A DNA stretch of 64,000 bases from Utricularia gibba (Eukaryota; Plantae; Magnoliophyta), in assembly GCA_002189035.1 (NCBI GenBank), contig NEEC01000024.1, positions 744,001 through 808,000 of the forward strand. Reading direction: 5' to 3'. Every line of letters begins with the position of its first letter. Positions within the stretch are counted from its first letter, which is position 1. The position numbers and the translations under genes were made by a program. This document shows, piece by piece, positions 22,251-36,231 of this stretch. The notes below the pieces were generated by a model, which worked only from the letters and a program-made list of their open reading frames with translations, was not told the DNA's origin and ran no database searches.

Positions 22251-24265
22251 ACTGGTGACGTAAATTCAGACAATTCAATTCAACGGTCCGGTGGTCAACA
22301 TCGTAGCTGTGATTTCTGTTAAAATTATCTGAATTCAGCGGAGGTGATGGGGCGCGCGACAGATCTGCGTTGAAATGGAACAGGGACTATAACTCTGGGC
22401 TGGGCCAATTATAGTTTTAAGTAAATTTTTTATGGATAATTATATGTTTTTGTATAAACATTGTATTAAAATATAACTTTACTTTTGAAATATAATTTTT
22501 TTTAAATCAATAATGTTCAAATTATCTTATTCAATCCGTAGAACATTGAGTAGCATAATGTAAGCTTGAAAGGATTGCACAGAACAACATCGTGTTTACC
22601 AAACCAGACCATTTGTGCATCTCCAACAACAACGTGATATTGGCAAAATACATACACATTTTTGCTCTTGTGTTGAATTTCGTTGCTTTTTCTTTCTTGA
22701 TGCCACTCTTTTGTTTCTTTTAATATACCAGTTGATTCCCCCACTCAAGTAAAAATCACATATACTAACTACTCCCAAAAGACTAGTTGACTTAGATAAT
22801 TGGAATTAGAAAACCTTCAAAAACGATACAATCAGACACAATAAACTTGAACAAGGTTATAGACTGATTGATGGGTTAATCAATTCTATACTCACAAAAA
22901 CTTGAACAGAAATATTTTTAAAATCCAAATAAATATTCAGATGAGAAATTCCATGAAACAAAACTTCTTCTGAACTCGAGAGCTGGGGTTGAGAACCTTG
23001 AAAAATCAAACATGAACCTCTTTTGGGCCTCATTTATATTTAACATTTTTAAAAAATTAATATCTTCCTTTTTATGTATTAAAATGGAACTATCTCAAAC
23101 ATGGATCTTTAAAAACCAATAATTTTAAAATCTCGTGAAATACAATACCAAACGTGTACTAACGCGTCTGCCAAACTTTACTATCTCGGGTCAAATTTTT
23201 GTATTGATTAAAGGGCATGGCAATTGGGTTAAGACACGATGGCGCTGAAGGGGGAACAAAAATAGGCATGTCTGAAAAATGGGAATCCAGAGAATGGACT
23301 GGAGAATCCATGACATCTGATCGGCTATGCTCTGGCATGTAGTAAAGTAGGCTTCTTTCCTATTCACATATTGTTCCTGTTATGGGGAATTGGATTCTCG
23401 CTAAGCCACAGGAGGCAAAGCAGCATCACCACATGTTTTTCTCTCTCTCTAGTCCTTCATGGAATTCATGGATCGGGAGCAAGACTATAACTGGAATCTG
23501 GGTCTCCCAGACCTGGGATCATCATTATTTGGGACTTCTAACTTGGCCAAATTTGGAAAAATATCTGTTGTTATCCAAATTTATTGTTATCAACAAATAT
23601 TTTTTTAATATTTTAATGGTAAAATATTTAAAAATTAGTAATACAAAAAAATATTTAAATGATATCCATATTCTCCATTCATACTAATTTAAATCATTAA
23701 ATATATTTGTAACTTTCATTCATAGTCATTGATAGTATATAAAATTACATATTCAGCAATAATTATGATAATGAACCTTCATCTTATTTACTTGGTATTT
23801 TTTAATTTCAAATAACATGAAGTGTAATACATAAATTTTATTTATAGTTCTTTTGATTTTTTATAATATCCTTTGTGTAAGAAGTTCTAGTCATCTTTAT
23901 ATCTCACGTTGATTCCACTATAATTATAGGTTGCTTCACATCATCCTTCCGAACGGTGCTGTTGCTACCATAATGAACTCGTTAGAAAATAGCACCTTGT
24001 AAATAGAGCAATTCTCAGAAAGGAAATACCTCGTGGATAAAGTCTAGGGCTACCTTAAGAAGAACCCGAGAAGAAAAGCTTATGAAAAGATTCAATATTG
24101 TTTGAGAAGGGGCACCCCAATAGTGCCGAATGCATGACAATCAAACAAATGTTATTGGAAAGCCCAACAAGTACCTAAGAAGGTACAAAGAGACCAAAGG
24201 TGCATTTAAAAGCTTGATAACAAGGGCTCGATCATTACGGATAACTCTTAAGCTCCCATGATTAA

Positions 24266-24822
24266 TGTAAGGCCCCACATAAATCTTGTATGATGCCTTT
24301 ATTGAATATGTCATAGGATCTTTTGCACAATGGAACCACATCAAAAATTGAGCATGTTTGACTAGAGGTAATTTCAGGATGTGTGATCATCTGAGAAGCT
24401 CTTGATAAAAAATGGGAAGAATCTAAAACCGTGAGGGTTAGGTATATGAAGCAAACATTATATATACAAGAGGGTCTCCAAGACGTAACATTTAGTATCA
24501 AACTCAAATGTGAGTATGTAATCGGTGGTAGGGCATACCTTAATGAGGATGCTAGGTTTACAATAGAAGAGGGGGAGGGGGGACAAATGTAAGGCCCCAC
24601 TTAAAGAATGGTGGAAGAACTACCTTAGAATCTTAAATTGGTTATGAACACGATCAATATAGATTGATCATGCAACCCTTGTACAAGGCCATTTCCCTAG
24701 CATGACAGAGGATCCTAGGAACTCCAAAGTTAAGCATGCTTATCTAGGGTAATTTCAAGATGGATGACCACCTAAGAGGGCTCCTTACAAAAGATAGAAA
24801 AAACGTAAAACTATGATGGTTG
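24266..24822 (+). mobile_element. Cassandra-type TRIM, copy 1 (3' end lost)
   Basis: LTRs start TGTAAGGCCCCAC at 24266 and 24588; decayed PBS ttagtatcaaa; PPT agaagagggggagggggg; 5S rRNA-like A/C-box segment gaactccaaagttaagcatgctt...gatggatgacc at 24719-24770. Confidence 0.8.
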
Positions 24823-25386
24823 TGTTGGGTTTCTCGTAGACATCGTATGTCTCAAAAGCAGTGGAATTTAAAATTTTTGAGAAACCCAAACGCAAATCTT
24901 GGAATACGGTATACATCAGACGAAGGAATGTTCAAAGTACCTTTCAGATGACTCCGTTGTTCACCAACCGCCAATAGCAGACGGCCTCTATGGTATCCAC
25001 ACGTGGAGCACTCCGTTGATAACCTTTTCAAAGCTCTTGAATGCTGGTCGAATTTATAAGGTGCTAGTAGAGAAAAATGTCTCCTTGTGGATTAGTCTAA
25101 AAGAGCACAAAGACCTTGGAGCAAATCTCAAGATCTAAATCCTTTTGATAGATATTTTTGTGACATATCAAATCATATCTATATGAGATCTTTTATTTTG
25201 AGTTTAATCAATATTAATCTCAAAATAGTTCTCTATTTAAGTTACCCACTTTGGCAATTACATCTCATGTAATTGCGTCATTCTATTTTATATCGATGAG
25301 TGACTCCACTATTGTGTGTGACCCTATAGACTTCTTCAATCAAGGCCGTAATAATGGATTTATTAATTAACTCTTAATTAATCAAG
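24823..25386 (-). mobile_element. Partial Copia-type LTR (family F), 3' portion
   Basis: Colinear with 32219-32835; begins tgttgggtttctcgtagac and is cut at an aatcaa microhomology. Confidence 0.8.
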
Positions 25387-26502
25387 ATGAAGGCCATGCT
25401 GATCTGCAAGGATTTGTGCTATGATATAAATCTCTCCCAAAGCTCGAAGACCGAGAGAAATCATAGATGGCCATATTTGCATATAAAGATTGTGCGGACT
25501 ATACTTCTTTGGATCAACAATGGCCTTGCTCACTTTGTTTGTGACATCAAAGATTCATCCCTTCTAAGGTAGGGAGAAGAATAAAGAGAAAAGACTCGAC
25601 AAGCACAATAGAAGGCTATGCTCTGGCATGTAGTAAAGTAGGCTTCTTTCCTATTCACATATTGTTCGTGTTCCGGGGAATTTGATTCTCCCTAAGCCAC
25701 AGTAGGCAAAGCAGCACCACCACATGTTCTTTTCTCTCTCTAGTCCTTTATGGAATTCATGGGCCAGGACCAAGACTATTACTGGACTCTAGGTCTCCCA
25801 CACCTGGGATCATCATTATTTGGGCCTTCTCAATTGGTAAATTTGGAAAAATATCTATTGTTATTCAAATTTATTTTTATCAACAAATATTTTTTAATAT
25901 TTTAATGGTAAAATATTTAAAAAGTAATTAATACACAATATTTAAATGATTAAATATATTGGTAGCTTTCATTCATAATCATTGATAGTTTTTACCAATA
26001 ATTATGATAATGAACCTTCATCTTATTCATTTGATATTTTTCAATTTCAAATAACATGAAATGTAAAATATAAATCTTATTTATAGTTCTTTTGATTTTT
26101 TATAAGACCCTTAGTGTAAGAAGTTATAGTCATCTCCATATCTCCCATTGATTCCATATAAACATACGTTGATTCAAATCATCCTTCCGAATAGTTTTGT
26201 TGCTAGCATAATGAACTCGTTAGAAAATAGCAATTCCTACATAGAGAAACTCTCAAAAAGGAATACCTGGTGGATAAAATCTGGGGCTACCTTATGGAGA
26301 ACCTGAGAAGAAAAGCTTATGAAAGATTACAATATTGTTTGAGAAGGGGCATCCCAATAGTGCCGAGTGCATGACAATCAAACAAATATTATTGGAAAGC
26401 CCAACAAGTACCTAAGAAGCTATAAAGAGACCAAAGATGCACTTAAAATCTTGATAACAAGGGTTCAATCATTATGAATAACTCTAACACTCCCATGATT
26501 AA

Positions 26503-27886
26503 TGTAAGGCCCCACATAAATCTTATATGAGGCCTTTTATTGAATATGTTGGAGGATCTTTGGCAGGATGAGACCACATCAAAACATGAGCATGCTTGAT
26601 TAGGGGTAATTTCAGGATGGATGACCATTTGAGAAGCTCTTGGTCAAAAATAAAGAAAATGTAAAATCGTGAGTGTTAAGTATCTTAAGCAGACATTATT
26701 GTACAAGAGGGTCTCTAAGACATGATATTTAGTATCAAAGTCAAATTTGAGTATGTAATTGATAACACATTTTTTTGGGTAATTGAATATAGGAAAATGA
26801 CCCATATTATGCTACAAAACTTAAGCTTTACTGTCTGGTTCTATATTTTTGCGCATAGTATCGTAGTTGTGTTTTTTTAGTCTTAGTTGGGACTAAATTA
26901 CGATTTATTTCCAACCTTAGTTCTAATAGATTTCTTTGATTAATGAAGCGCATGCCAGCAACCCAAATCCCAAGAACGGATATGAATAGTGCAGTGGCAG
27001 AGAATGAGACAAAAGTCTAAAAAGGACACAATCCAAGGAGATGAAAAAGGAGTATTTTGGACAAAAAAGAGGACAAGATGGAGAGAGAAAGGGGAACTCC
27101 CGATAGAGAAAAACGACATTCTTTCTAGAAAAGATTTCTAGGGGAAGGAGGAAGACGATGTAGAAAGACAAACTTTCTTTTGAAGATTTCTTTTATTCTT
27201 GACGAATACTATTCCTAGTTGAGACTAGTTTTAGTTTTCCCTACGTGAAAAATTTACTGTTTATGTTCTGTTATGCATCTCTTGTTGTTGTTTAACTTTG
27301 AGACCAGAATATTGCTTAGGATGTGTTATGAAAATGCTTTACTTTCCCTTGCTATGAGTGGCTAAGCACTTAGAGGAGTGCCTTAGAGCAAAAGGGGTGT
27401 AATGTGCTGGTCAATCATTTGACCTTGCTAACCATAGATCACACCACTTCCTTATCAAACTAGGATAGATTCATGAGGGGAAACGAGTAATATTCATCTT
27501 AACAACCCTAATTAGAGATAGACAAAAGATTACGGGAAAAGAAGGGTTTGGGTTGACCTAGACTCTTAGGGCATACCTTAATGAGGATGCTAGGTTTCTA
27601 ATAGAAGAGGGGAAGGGGGGCAAATGTAAGGCCCCACTTAAGAAATGGTGGCAGAACCTTGTACGATCAACATAGATTGACCATGCAAACCTTGTACGAG
27701 GTCATTTCCCTAGCATCGAGGAGGATCCTTGGTAGGAACTCCAAAGTTAAGCATGCTTACCTGGCGTAATTTCAGGATGGATGACCACCTGAGAGGGCTC
27801 CTTACAAAAGAAAGAAAAATATAAAATTGTGACCGTTGGGTATTCAAAACGGATAATATCATACAAGGAGAGTATGAATCGTGACA
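26503..27886 (+). mobile_element. Cassandra-type TRIM, copy 2, interrupted by a partial Gypsy LTR
   Basis: LTRs 26503-26727 and 27625-27886 (ends gtgaca); 5S-like segment at 27735-27800; ATTAA on both flanks (26498-26502, 27887-27891). Confidence 0.82.
26760..27567 (+). mobile_element. Truncated Athila-type LTR (family B)
   Basis: Starts tgataacacatttt like 34030 and is colinear with it for ~800 bp before breaking off. Confidence 0.78.
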
Positions 27887-27889
27887 ATT

Positions 27890-28520
27890 AAGATTCAAAA
27901 ACTAATTATGGGACTTGAAAAATCAAGATGAAGGCCATGCTGACCTGCAAGGATTTGACCTATGATTTATGACAAATCTCTCCCAAAGCTCGAAGATCGA
28001 GAGAAATCATAGATAGCCACATTTAATTGAAAGCCTTGCATGTAAAGATTGTGCAGACTATACTTCTTTGGATCAACCATGGCCTTGCTCACTTTGTTTA
28101 TGATATTGGAGATTCATCCCTTCTAAAGTAGGGAGAAGACTAAAGAGAAAAGGCTCAACAAGCACAATAGAAAGCTCTTCTGTTGAAATTGGATCTTGTT
28201 TCTTCTACAATAAGAAGGGACACCATGAGAATGAATGCAAGAAGATAAAAAAGAATTTTGAGGCTTAGAAGAGAAAAGGAAGTAGTGATGAGAGCAGTAA
28301 GAATAGTGAGAGTGCAACATCTGTGATGGAGTAGGAAATATTATTTTCTACAGCAACTACTTAGAAAATACCCAAGAACGCTCACACCTCAGAAATAGTT
28401 ATGTCCATCGATCCTGAAGATGATAGAGAGCTTAAGTGCATAGTTGAGTTTGTTGCTTCATTCTATGAGATACCTGACAAGGCTCTCTTCAACCCTTATC
28501 GGACTAGGCATTTTGTCAAC
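27890..28520 (+). pseudogene. Degraded Copia gag zinc knuckle/protease remnant
   Basis: SCFFYNKKGHHENECKK (decayed CCHC) and CIVEFVASFYEIPDKALF (decayed WILDSGAS-type protease motif). Confidence 0.5.
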
Positions 28521-28828
28521 AAGGTATATTGAGTCAGATTATACATTGGTTATTGAGTTTGGGAAGATTTCTATTAAGAAAATTTATACATACGATAACC
28601 TAGTTGATGTTGAGTATTGAGTTCATACAATACATAAGAGAAAATATAAAAGTATATAAGAAAAGCATATAAATTTCAATTCTATACTTCTAATTAAATA
28701 ATTCTAATCATAACTAAATATAAAAAAATGATACAAAATATGATTGTAAAATAATACAACAATTGACATGATGACTAAACCCTTGTTGGATGCAAAATAC
28801 CAAGCTTGTGTGCAAGGAGTAGATTTAC

Positions 28829-29983
28829 TGATAAACGAAAAATTTTGCAATGTCGTTAAATGCAAATTTTACTATCAAATAAATTTATAACCTAACCTAC
28901 ATTCAAGCATAAAACAATTATGAGCATAGTGATTAGGGTCAAACACGAAGAGTAGGTGCTTGTCAAGTGATTAGCCAAAGCATGAAATCAGTGTCACGTT
29001 AGTAAATTGGTCTTAGCTAGGACTAAGGCAGAATTAAAACGAAATACAGTAAAGAAAATTAATAAGTTCTGGAGCTCGATTGTTTCTAGAATGAAATGAG
29101 TGATGCCTTGGAACTCCTAAGGGATGTATGCCTATCACTAAACAAGCTCATATAAATCAAAAATCATACAACTAACTCACAAGATCTAGGTCTACCCGGA
29201 TTCTTGTTTTTCCCCCTAATCTTTGATCTACCTCTAATTAGGGTTGTTAGTTGGGTTTCACTACCTCCCCTTCCTAGATCTATCCTGGTTTGCTAAGGAA
29301 GTAGTGTGACTTATGATTTATTAGGTCTAAGGATGGATTAGCATGTTTCTCCCCTCTTCACCCCAAGGCACCCCCCTCTAAGTGCTTAGCTACTCATGAC
29401 AATGAAAAGTAAAACATTTTCATAGCATATCCTAAGCAACATCCTGACTACAAATGTTAAATAACAGCGAGCAATATGAAGCAGAAGTAGGAAAGACACT
29501 TCGTTCACACAGGAAATCCAAATCTAGTCTTAGGTAGGAACAGTAAACATGAAGAACTAAAATAATTTCTCAAGAGAAGTTGTGTTCTTCTGGTCCGTCA
29601 TCCCCTCCTCCTTCTTCCTCTAGAAAAATCTCCAGAAACTTGTCTTGAGTCTCCAATGGGAGATCTGCCTTCTCTCTCCAACTTTCCCTCCTTTTGTCCA
29701 AAATCTCAATTTTTCACCTCCTTGGACTTTGTGTGTACTCTTTTTCAGACTTCTGCCATCTTCTCTGCCACTACACTGTTCATATTCAGCTCCTTGGGAT
29801 TTGTATTGCGACCTGTGCTGCATTGCTCGAAGGAAACTATTAGAAGGTTTCCCAACTAAAACTAAATTGGCACTACTACGGTACTTATGTGCAAAAATAC
29901 AGAACTAGGCAATAAAGCTTAATTTTTGTAGCACAAAATGAGTAAATTCCATGCATTGAGCCACTCAAAAATATGTGTTATCA
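28829..29983 (-). mobile_element. Solo LTR, Athila-type family B
   Basis: TGATA...TATCA termini; perfect TSD TTTAC (28824-28828, 29984-29988); reverse-complement homologue of 34030-35190. Confidence 0.92.
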
Positions 29984-32218
29984 TTTACTAAATCAAACTC
30001 AAAAAGCTTGCAAGAGAAAAGATTGCTACAACTAAAACATAATCCTAAATGTCTAAAAGTATATATTTGGCATATATTCTGAAATATATCTAGTATAAAT
30101 ATCTATAATATTCTAGATATGATAATATACAGATATATCAGCACCATATCACAATTCTTTCTAGAAATGAATATATCTTCAAGATTCATGAGAGTTCACA
30201 TGTTTATATGAGATTCTTCCTAGATTTTTAGAAAGAGTTCATAGTGCATTCTTGAGAGCTTCATATGTGCACATGTGGTTACTAAGGAGACCCGTTGAGG
30301 GAGACTCCTTGGTGTTGTAGAGGGAATTTCATTCCTCAATTTTGAAATAAATTATGCCTTTAACATCATGTATGATTCTCGGTTCATTTGGTCTAGTGAA
30401 ACCAATTTACCTTGCATGTTAAGCACTCCCGATTTTTCCCTGAGGTTTCTAGGTCACCAAAGTTTGTGTATTTTCTTTGTATTTGGGTATCTCACAATCA
30501 TACATCGATTACTCATGTACATTAATACTAGCAGATCATCTATCAGTTCTACTTAGAATCTTGTGTATAACTATATCTTATTCATGAATTCTAGATATAT
30601 TAGAGCCTAATAGAAATACAAGATAATGAAGTGGTAGTTCCTTTTATGGATGACCTCATTCACCAACCTTCATCTCCTCCAAGCTTTCAATATATTTAAT
30701 TCCACCAATGCCAATTTTAATCATATATATTTTCATTCATATCACAAAACAAAATTTATCTAGAAAAGTTCTTACCTTCATCAAATTCTCTTATGTGTAT
30801 TCTCCTAATACCAATGAATAATCAGTCAACTACACATGTGCTCACTTTAAATCATTACTTCTAATCTTCACCTATTTGATTCATCACACCATCATTTCTT
30901 TCTTGATTAAATATTGCAGAATTTCTACCACCATAAAAAATATGAAAGGAGCCATTGTATCCTCTCTCTCAGACCTTTCTCTTTTGAAAAGAATTTATAA
31001 GTACACAATTGATTAATACAACCCCCAATGTTGTACTTAGTAGTGATGAAACACATGATATCCACTTTATTAAGAAATTAATTTATTTGATTATCTAAAT
31101 AATGCTTTCTAATTTATGTTGTCATATATCCCTTCTCAAAATCAAGTTTTTCAAGGAACACTCATTATCTATTTTCTTCTCGCTTCCTCAATCACTTCAT
31201 TTATGAGCAATACTCTATCAAAGATTTTCCTGCTTTTGATTAAAAAAATTGATTGATGTTGTATAATTACTTCTCCCTAAACATTTATAATTTGTGTTTG
31301 ATGAATAAAAATTTTCACATTGTTGCAAAACAAACAATTTCATAAAGACTCGCATAAAAATATTTTCTAAAATGAAATGTATGGTAGGATTGAGGTCAAA
31401 CAAAAAGAACATTTGTTTTCACTATACTAGTTGGATGTATAATCACAAATAAGTTGTATTATAAACCTTGAAGAAAATTATTAGCATATTAGAACAATAA
31501 TAGAAAATAAAAAAAGACACAAAAAAATAAATACAAATTTGATGAATAACAACATTGATAACTTAGGGAAACTTTGGCAGTGTAATGGAACCCCTAATCT
31601 TAGCCTATGTTTCTTTAATACCATAGAATAAAATAGTGAAATTTTATCTGAATTATTTTTCTAGATTTTTGGCCCATGATGAATTAAATTTTCCTAATGT
31701 TTTAAAACTTAGGTTTAGCATTTCATGAAATAAATAAAATTATATATATGTGGTCCTATCAGTTTATATTAAAAAATGTCATCCTATTCTATTCGTGTTG
31801 GTTTTTTAGTCTACCTTCAAATTGGGATTCTATGTTTTGTTCTTAATTTTTCTACCCATAGATCAACCCGGGCATATTGCAAAAACATAGATGAAAAAAA
31901 CAGAGCCAAATATCCCGACCACATTTTTTCTCCCTAAGCCATTACTAAAATCTAGCTATGCATATAGAAAGCAAACATTTTAACTTCATAAATCAATCAA
32001 GCAGAGAAGTTCAAAGCTAGAACATGGCAAGTAACATAAATAAATAGTTAAAATTCATAAAATGCAAATAAAAAATGTTGGTTCTCTTTTAGAAATAAGC
32101 TACTTAACAAGTAAAAAGTAAAATCAAGTTATCATTAAAAAGTATTATCTACTTGAAGTAAAAAATGTTGGTTCTCATTTAGAAATAGGGTTTCTCCAAA
32201 TGTTATTGCTTCTTCTTG

Positions 32219-33741
32219 TGTTGGGTTTCTCGTAGACATCGTATGTCTCAAAAGTAGCGGAATTCTAAAATTTTGAGAAACCCCAAACGCAGATCTTGGA
32301 ATACGGTATACATTAGACAAAGGGATTCTGAAATACCTTTTAGATGACTCCGTTGTTCACGAACCGCCAATAGCAGACGGCCCCTATGGTATCCACACGT
32401 GGAGTACTTCGTCGATAACCTTCTCAAGGCTCTTGAATGCTGGTCGAATTCCTCAGGTGCTAGTACAGAAAAATGTCCCCTTGTGGATCAGTCTCAAAGA
32501 GCACGAAGACCTTCGAGGAGATCTCAAGATCTAAATCTTTTTGATAGATATATGGTAACATATCAAATCATATCTTTGTAAAGATCTTATCTTGTGGAGA
32601 TATGTATATGTTCCAAATCTTATATGTATATGTTCCAAATCTTATCTATATATGATCTTTTATTTTGAGTTTAATCAATATTAATCTCAAAATAACTCTC
32701 AATTTAATTTATCCACTTTACCAATTACATCTCATATAATTGTGTCATTCTATTTTATATCGTTGAGTGACTCCACTATTGTGTGTGACACTATAGGCTT
32801 CTTCAATCAAGGCCGTAATAACGTATTTATTAATTAACTCTTAATTAATCAAATCCATCATTATCGATCATGAGTGATGTCTAGCAACATATCATGATCT
32901 CCAAGATTAAAGAATAATCAGGTGAACTGATTGAGCCTTTTCAGGACCAACCACCATGCAATGAACAACTTTCATCATACTTATATCTCATTCGATACCA
33001 GAACATGGGTGTGTGTCTTTCTGATGTCTCAAACTTATAATTGCATTCATGCACTAACACTCAATGACCTATTCAAACAATTCGAGTGTCATTACCCTGG
33101 GCCCAGGACTTACTGTTTGGCTTTGATGCAATTACTTGAGATATGATCTTATAGCTAACATGAGTGATGAATCCTTTATTGATCAATCAACTATCTCCAA
33201 CCTTAAGGAGTCACATCCCTACTCATCCATACTAGGCAAGCCATGGTTAGGCTCCCATTAGTAATGAGCGAAAATGTGAGCTTAAGATCAGGATAACTTT
33301 GTTAACCTCAAGTCTAAGCTTACCTGCACGGCTGTCATATTTGATATCTTGCTACTGACACTTGGTTAGCTTCCCATAGTAGCATCTCGAAGATGAGTCA
33401 TTCAGTGAATCGATTCTCTAATCGACACCCACACATAGGTTCTAGTAATCTCATTACATCAATTGTGAGAACCATTGCCTAAACAGTTTAGGGAACTCAA
33501 TGTGTGCCAGCTTATCCGTATTCGTGATATCCTCATTTCACAAATACTCTAGCTAGGGAGTTTTTTAACTTGAACATAAATGCTTGTAGAATCTCACATT
33601 ATGATCTCATCATAATTTCTATAGCCTATAGATCAAGTAGAGGATTTTATCAATGATATAAATTTGATCACAATTCAAAGTAAATATCATAAGATAAGAT
33701 TTGCCAATGAGTTGATTGTCTCTAGAACACATACTCTAACA
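32219..33741 (-). mobile_element. Solo LTR, Copia family F (5' end resembles Angela/BARE-1-type LTRs)
   Basis: On minus it starts TGTTAGAGTATGTGTTCTAGAGACAAT and ends GAAACCCAACA; perfect TSD TCTTG (32214-32218, 33742-33746). Confidence 0.9.
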
Positions 33742-34029
33742 TCTTGTTCATCTCTATTGTTGCTTCTCCAAATAAAGTTTCTCCAAATGTTCTGAGTGTG
33801 GAAGAATCTCGCATTTCCCTCAAACACTAAAAGAGAAGGATTCAATCGAATATCATTGGCAAGACACATTCAACCTAATCTATTTGTGGGGATGTTAGGA
33901 GTAGGTGCTGGAATCAAATATAGGGAAAACAAGAGTTATCACAAGAAACCAAATGACTTTGATGACATGCTTGATTTAATATTCCTACTAAATGAGGGAC
34001 GATTTTATGATGATTTCCGAGTAGTACTT

Positions 34030-35190
34030 TGATAACACATATTTTTGAGTGATTGAATACATGGAAATTACTCATATTATGCTACAAAAATTATGTTTTA
34101 CTGTCTAGTTCTATATTTTTGCACACTAATGTCGTTGTGTCATTTTAGTCTTAGTTGGGACTAAATCTACGACTTAGTCCCAACCTTCTAATAGTTTTCT
34201 TTGAGCAATGCAGTGTAGGTTGCAACACAAATCCAAAGGAGCCGAATATGAACAGTGTGGTGGCAGAGAATGAGGTAGATGTCTGAAAAAAAGTACACAC
34301 AAAATCCAAGGAAGAAGAAAAAGGGAGATTTTGGACAAAAAGGGGAAAAGATGGAGAGAGAAGGCAGATCTCCCCCATTGGAGACTCAGGACACATTTTC
34401 TGGAGATTTTTTTGGGGTAGAAGAAGGAAGGGGACGACGACCCTGAAGAACCAGTTCTCTTTGAAGATTTACTTTCGTTCTTGATGCATACTGTTCCTAG
34501 CTAAAACTAGTTTTAGATTTACTATGTGAACAATTTGTCTTTTCTATTTGTCTTATGCATTGCTTGTTGTTGTTTAACTTTCAAACCAGAATGTTGCTTA
34601 TGATATGCTACGAAAATGTTTTCCTTTCCCTTGTTATAAGTAGCTAAGTACTTAGGAGGTGCCTTGGGTTAAAAGGGGGAAAAACGTGCTATTCAATCTT
34701 TAGACCTAATCAGCCATAAGTCACGCCACTTTCTTAACAAATTAGGATAGATACAGGAGGGGGGAGTAGTGAAACTCAACTTAACAACCCTAATTAGAAG
34801 TAGACCAAAGATTAGGGTGAAAGCAAGAGTCTAGGTAGACCTAGACCTTGTGAGTTAGTTGTATAATTTATGGTTTGTGTGAGTTTGTTTAGTGATAAGC
34901 ATACATCCCATAGGAGTTCCAAGGTATTATCCATTTCATATTAGAAACCACCGAGTCCCAAGTTTATTACTCTTCTTTACTGCATTCCATCCTTAGTCCT
35001 AGTTAAGACCAATTCTACCAACGTGACATTGATTTCATGTATTGACTCTCACATGACAAACACCTGCTCTTTGTATTCGACCCTAACCACTATGCTCATA
35101 ATTATATTATGTTTGAATGTGTGTTAGGTTATAAATTTATTTGATAGGAAAAATTGCAATTCAACTACGTTACTAATTTTTTGTTTATCA
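34030..35190 (+). mobile_element. Solo LTR, Athila-type family B, inserted into a decayed family-A LTR fragment
   Basis: TGATAACAC...TTTATCA; perfect TSD TACTT; the flanks (34015-34029, 35191-35420) resemble the 3' end of LTR A (13078-13347). Confidence 0.92.
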
Positions 35191-36231
35191 TACTTCTTTG
35201 AAATAGCATCCTCAAAACTTGCACAATCGGACCAGTATTCCAGGTTTACATACACGCATTAGTGAGTTTTAAAAAGGTGGAAGATAGATCCAAAGTCACT
35301 TTTTAAAGTATTTTTGGTTGTTTCGAGTTGTTTTTATGGAAATCTATAAATAATCAATTCCTTGTGGAAATGATTTTAATTTGTTATTTCAATAGTTTTT
35401 GTACAATTGCAAAATTACCATGAGTATTTATTAATTTTTTTCTTTTATAAAAATCGAAATTATTAATTTTACAGATGATTTTATTTATTAATATTCCTCA
35501 GTTAATCACCTTCAAGGATCCTATGACAGCCTCTCTTCATTTTGTTTGAATTAAAAGAGGAAATATTAATGTAAACCCTAAATTTTAGTTTCAGAAAATT
35601 TATTATATCATAGAAAACATTTTAGTAAAGTTTTTAATCATGTAGATGTAATTTTATAAGTTTTAATTTTCTATTTTTATTAGTTAAATTGATTACATAA
35701 ATTTAGATGAATTTGACCATAGTCGTTTTTTTATTTTCTACAAGTCGTTTGTTTTGAAAAATAATTTTAATTATGAACGTTTGACATGCATTTTGAATAA
35801 GGTGTCAATTATTGTTATGTAGATTTCAACACAAAAAGTTGAGGAAGCATTAACAAGAATTTTGATGATCTGCATGGTATTCATGTGAATTGTAGATATA
35901 GTGAATATTTAAAGGATGCATTTTTATTGACTAGGACAAAGTGGTTATTAGATTTACTTCAAAAGAATACCTTGACTTCCTATGAATGTCACTAGAAATG
36001 TGTGTTGATTTTTCTTTTTCCTTTGGAATGATAATGAGCTCATGATGTCTATTTTTTAGTTGGTTCTATGGAGTGACATCATTAGGATCATGCACCTATT
36101 GTAATCAATAGCTTGTATCTTTTTGAAGTCTAAAAATTGACTGAATCCATATGTCCTGTGATCATATCCTACCAGCTGTCATCAGTATTCGAGATGGATC
36201 TATTAAAAGAGTGATGAATGTTGGAATGGGT

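Larger units (their letters stand above)
23323..28170. repeat. Diverged tandem duplication (unit 1 ~23323-25614, unit 2 ~25615-28170) of a Copia remnant containing a Cassandra TRIM
   Basis: ggctatgctctggcatgtagtaaagtagg at 23323 and 25615; colinear blocks 24530/27568 and 25380/27920; each unit carries a different LTR fragment. Confidence 0.88.

Noticed and set aside
23146-23163. Tourist-like terminus ccaaacgtgtac|taa
   Set aside because: No partner TIR was found on the other side.
30000-32140. Possible degraded Copia pol sequence
   Set aside because: Too decayed to recover a diagnostic motif by eye.
33742-34029. ORFs 33687-33869 and 33796-34032 between two solo LTRs
   Set aside because: Short, no recognisable domain, and partly made of LTR sequence.
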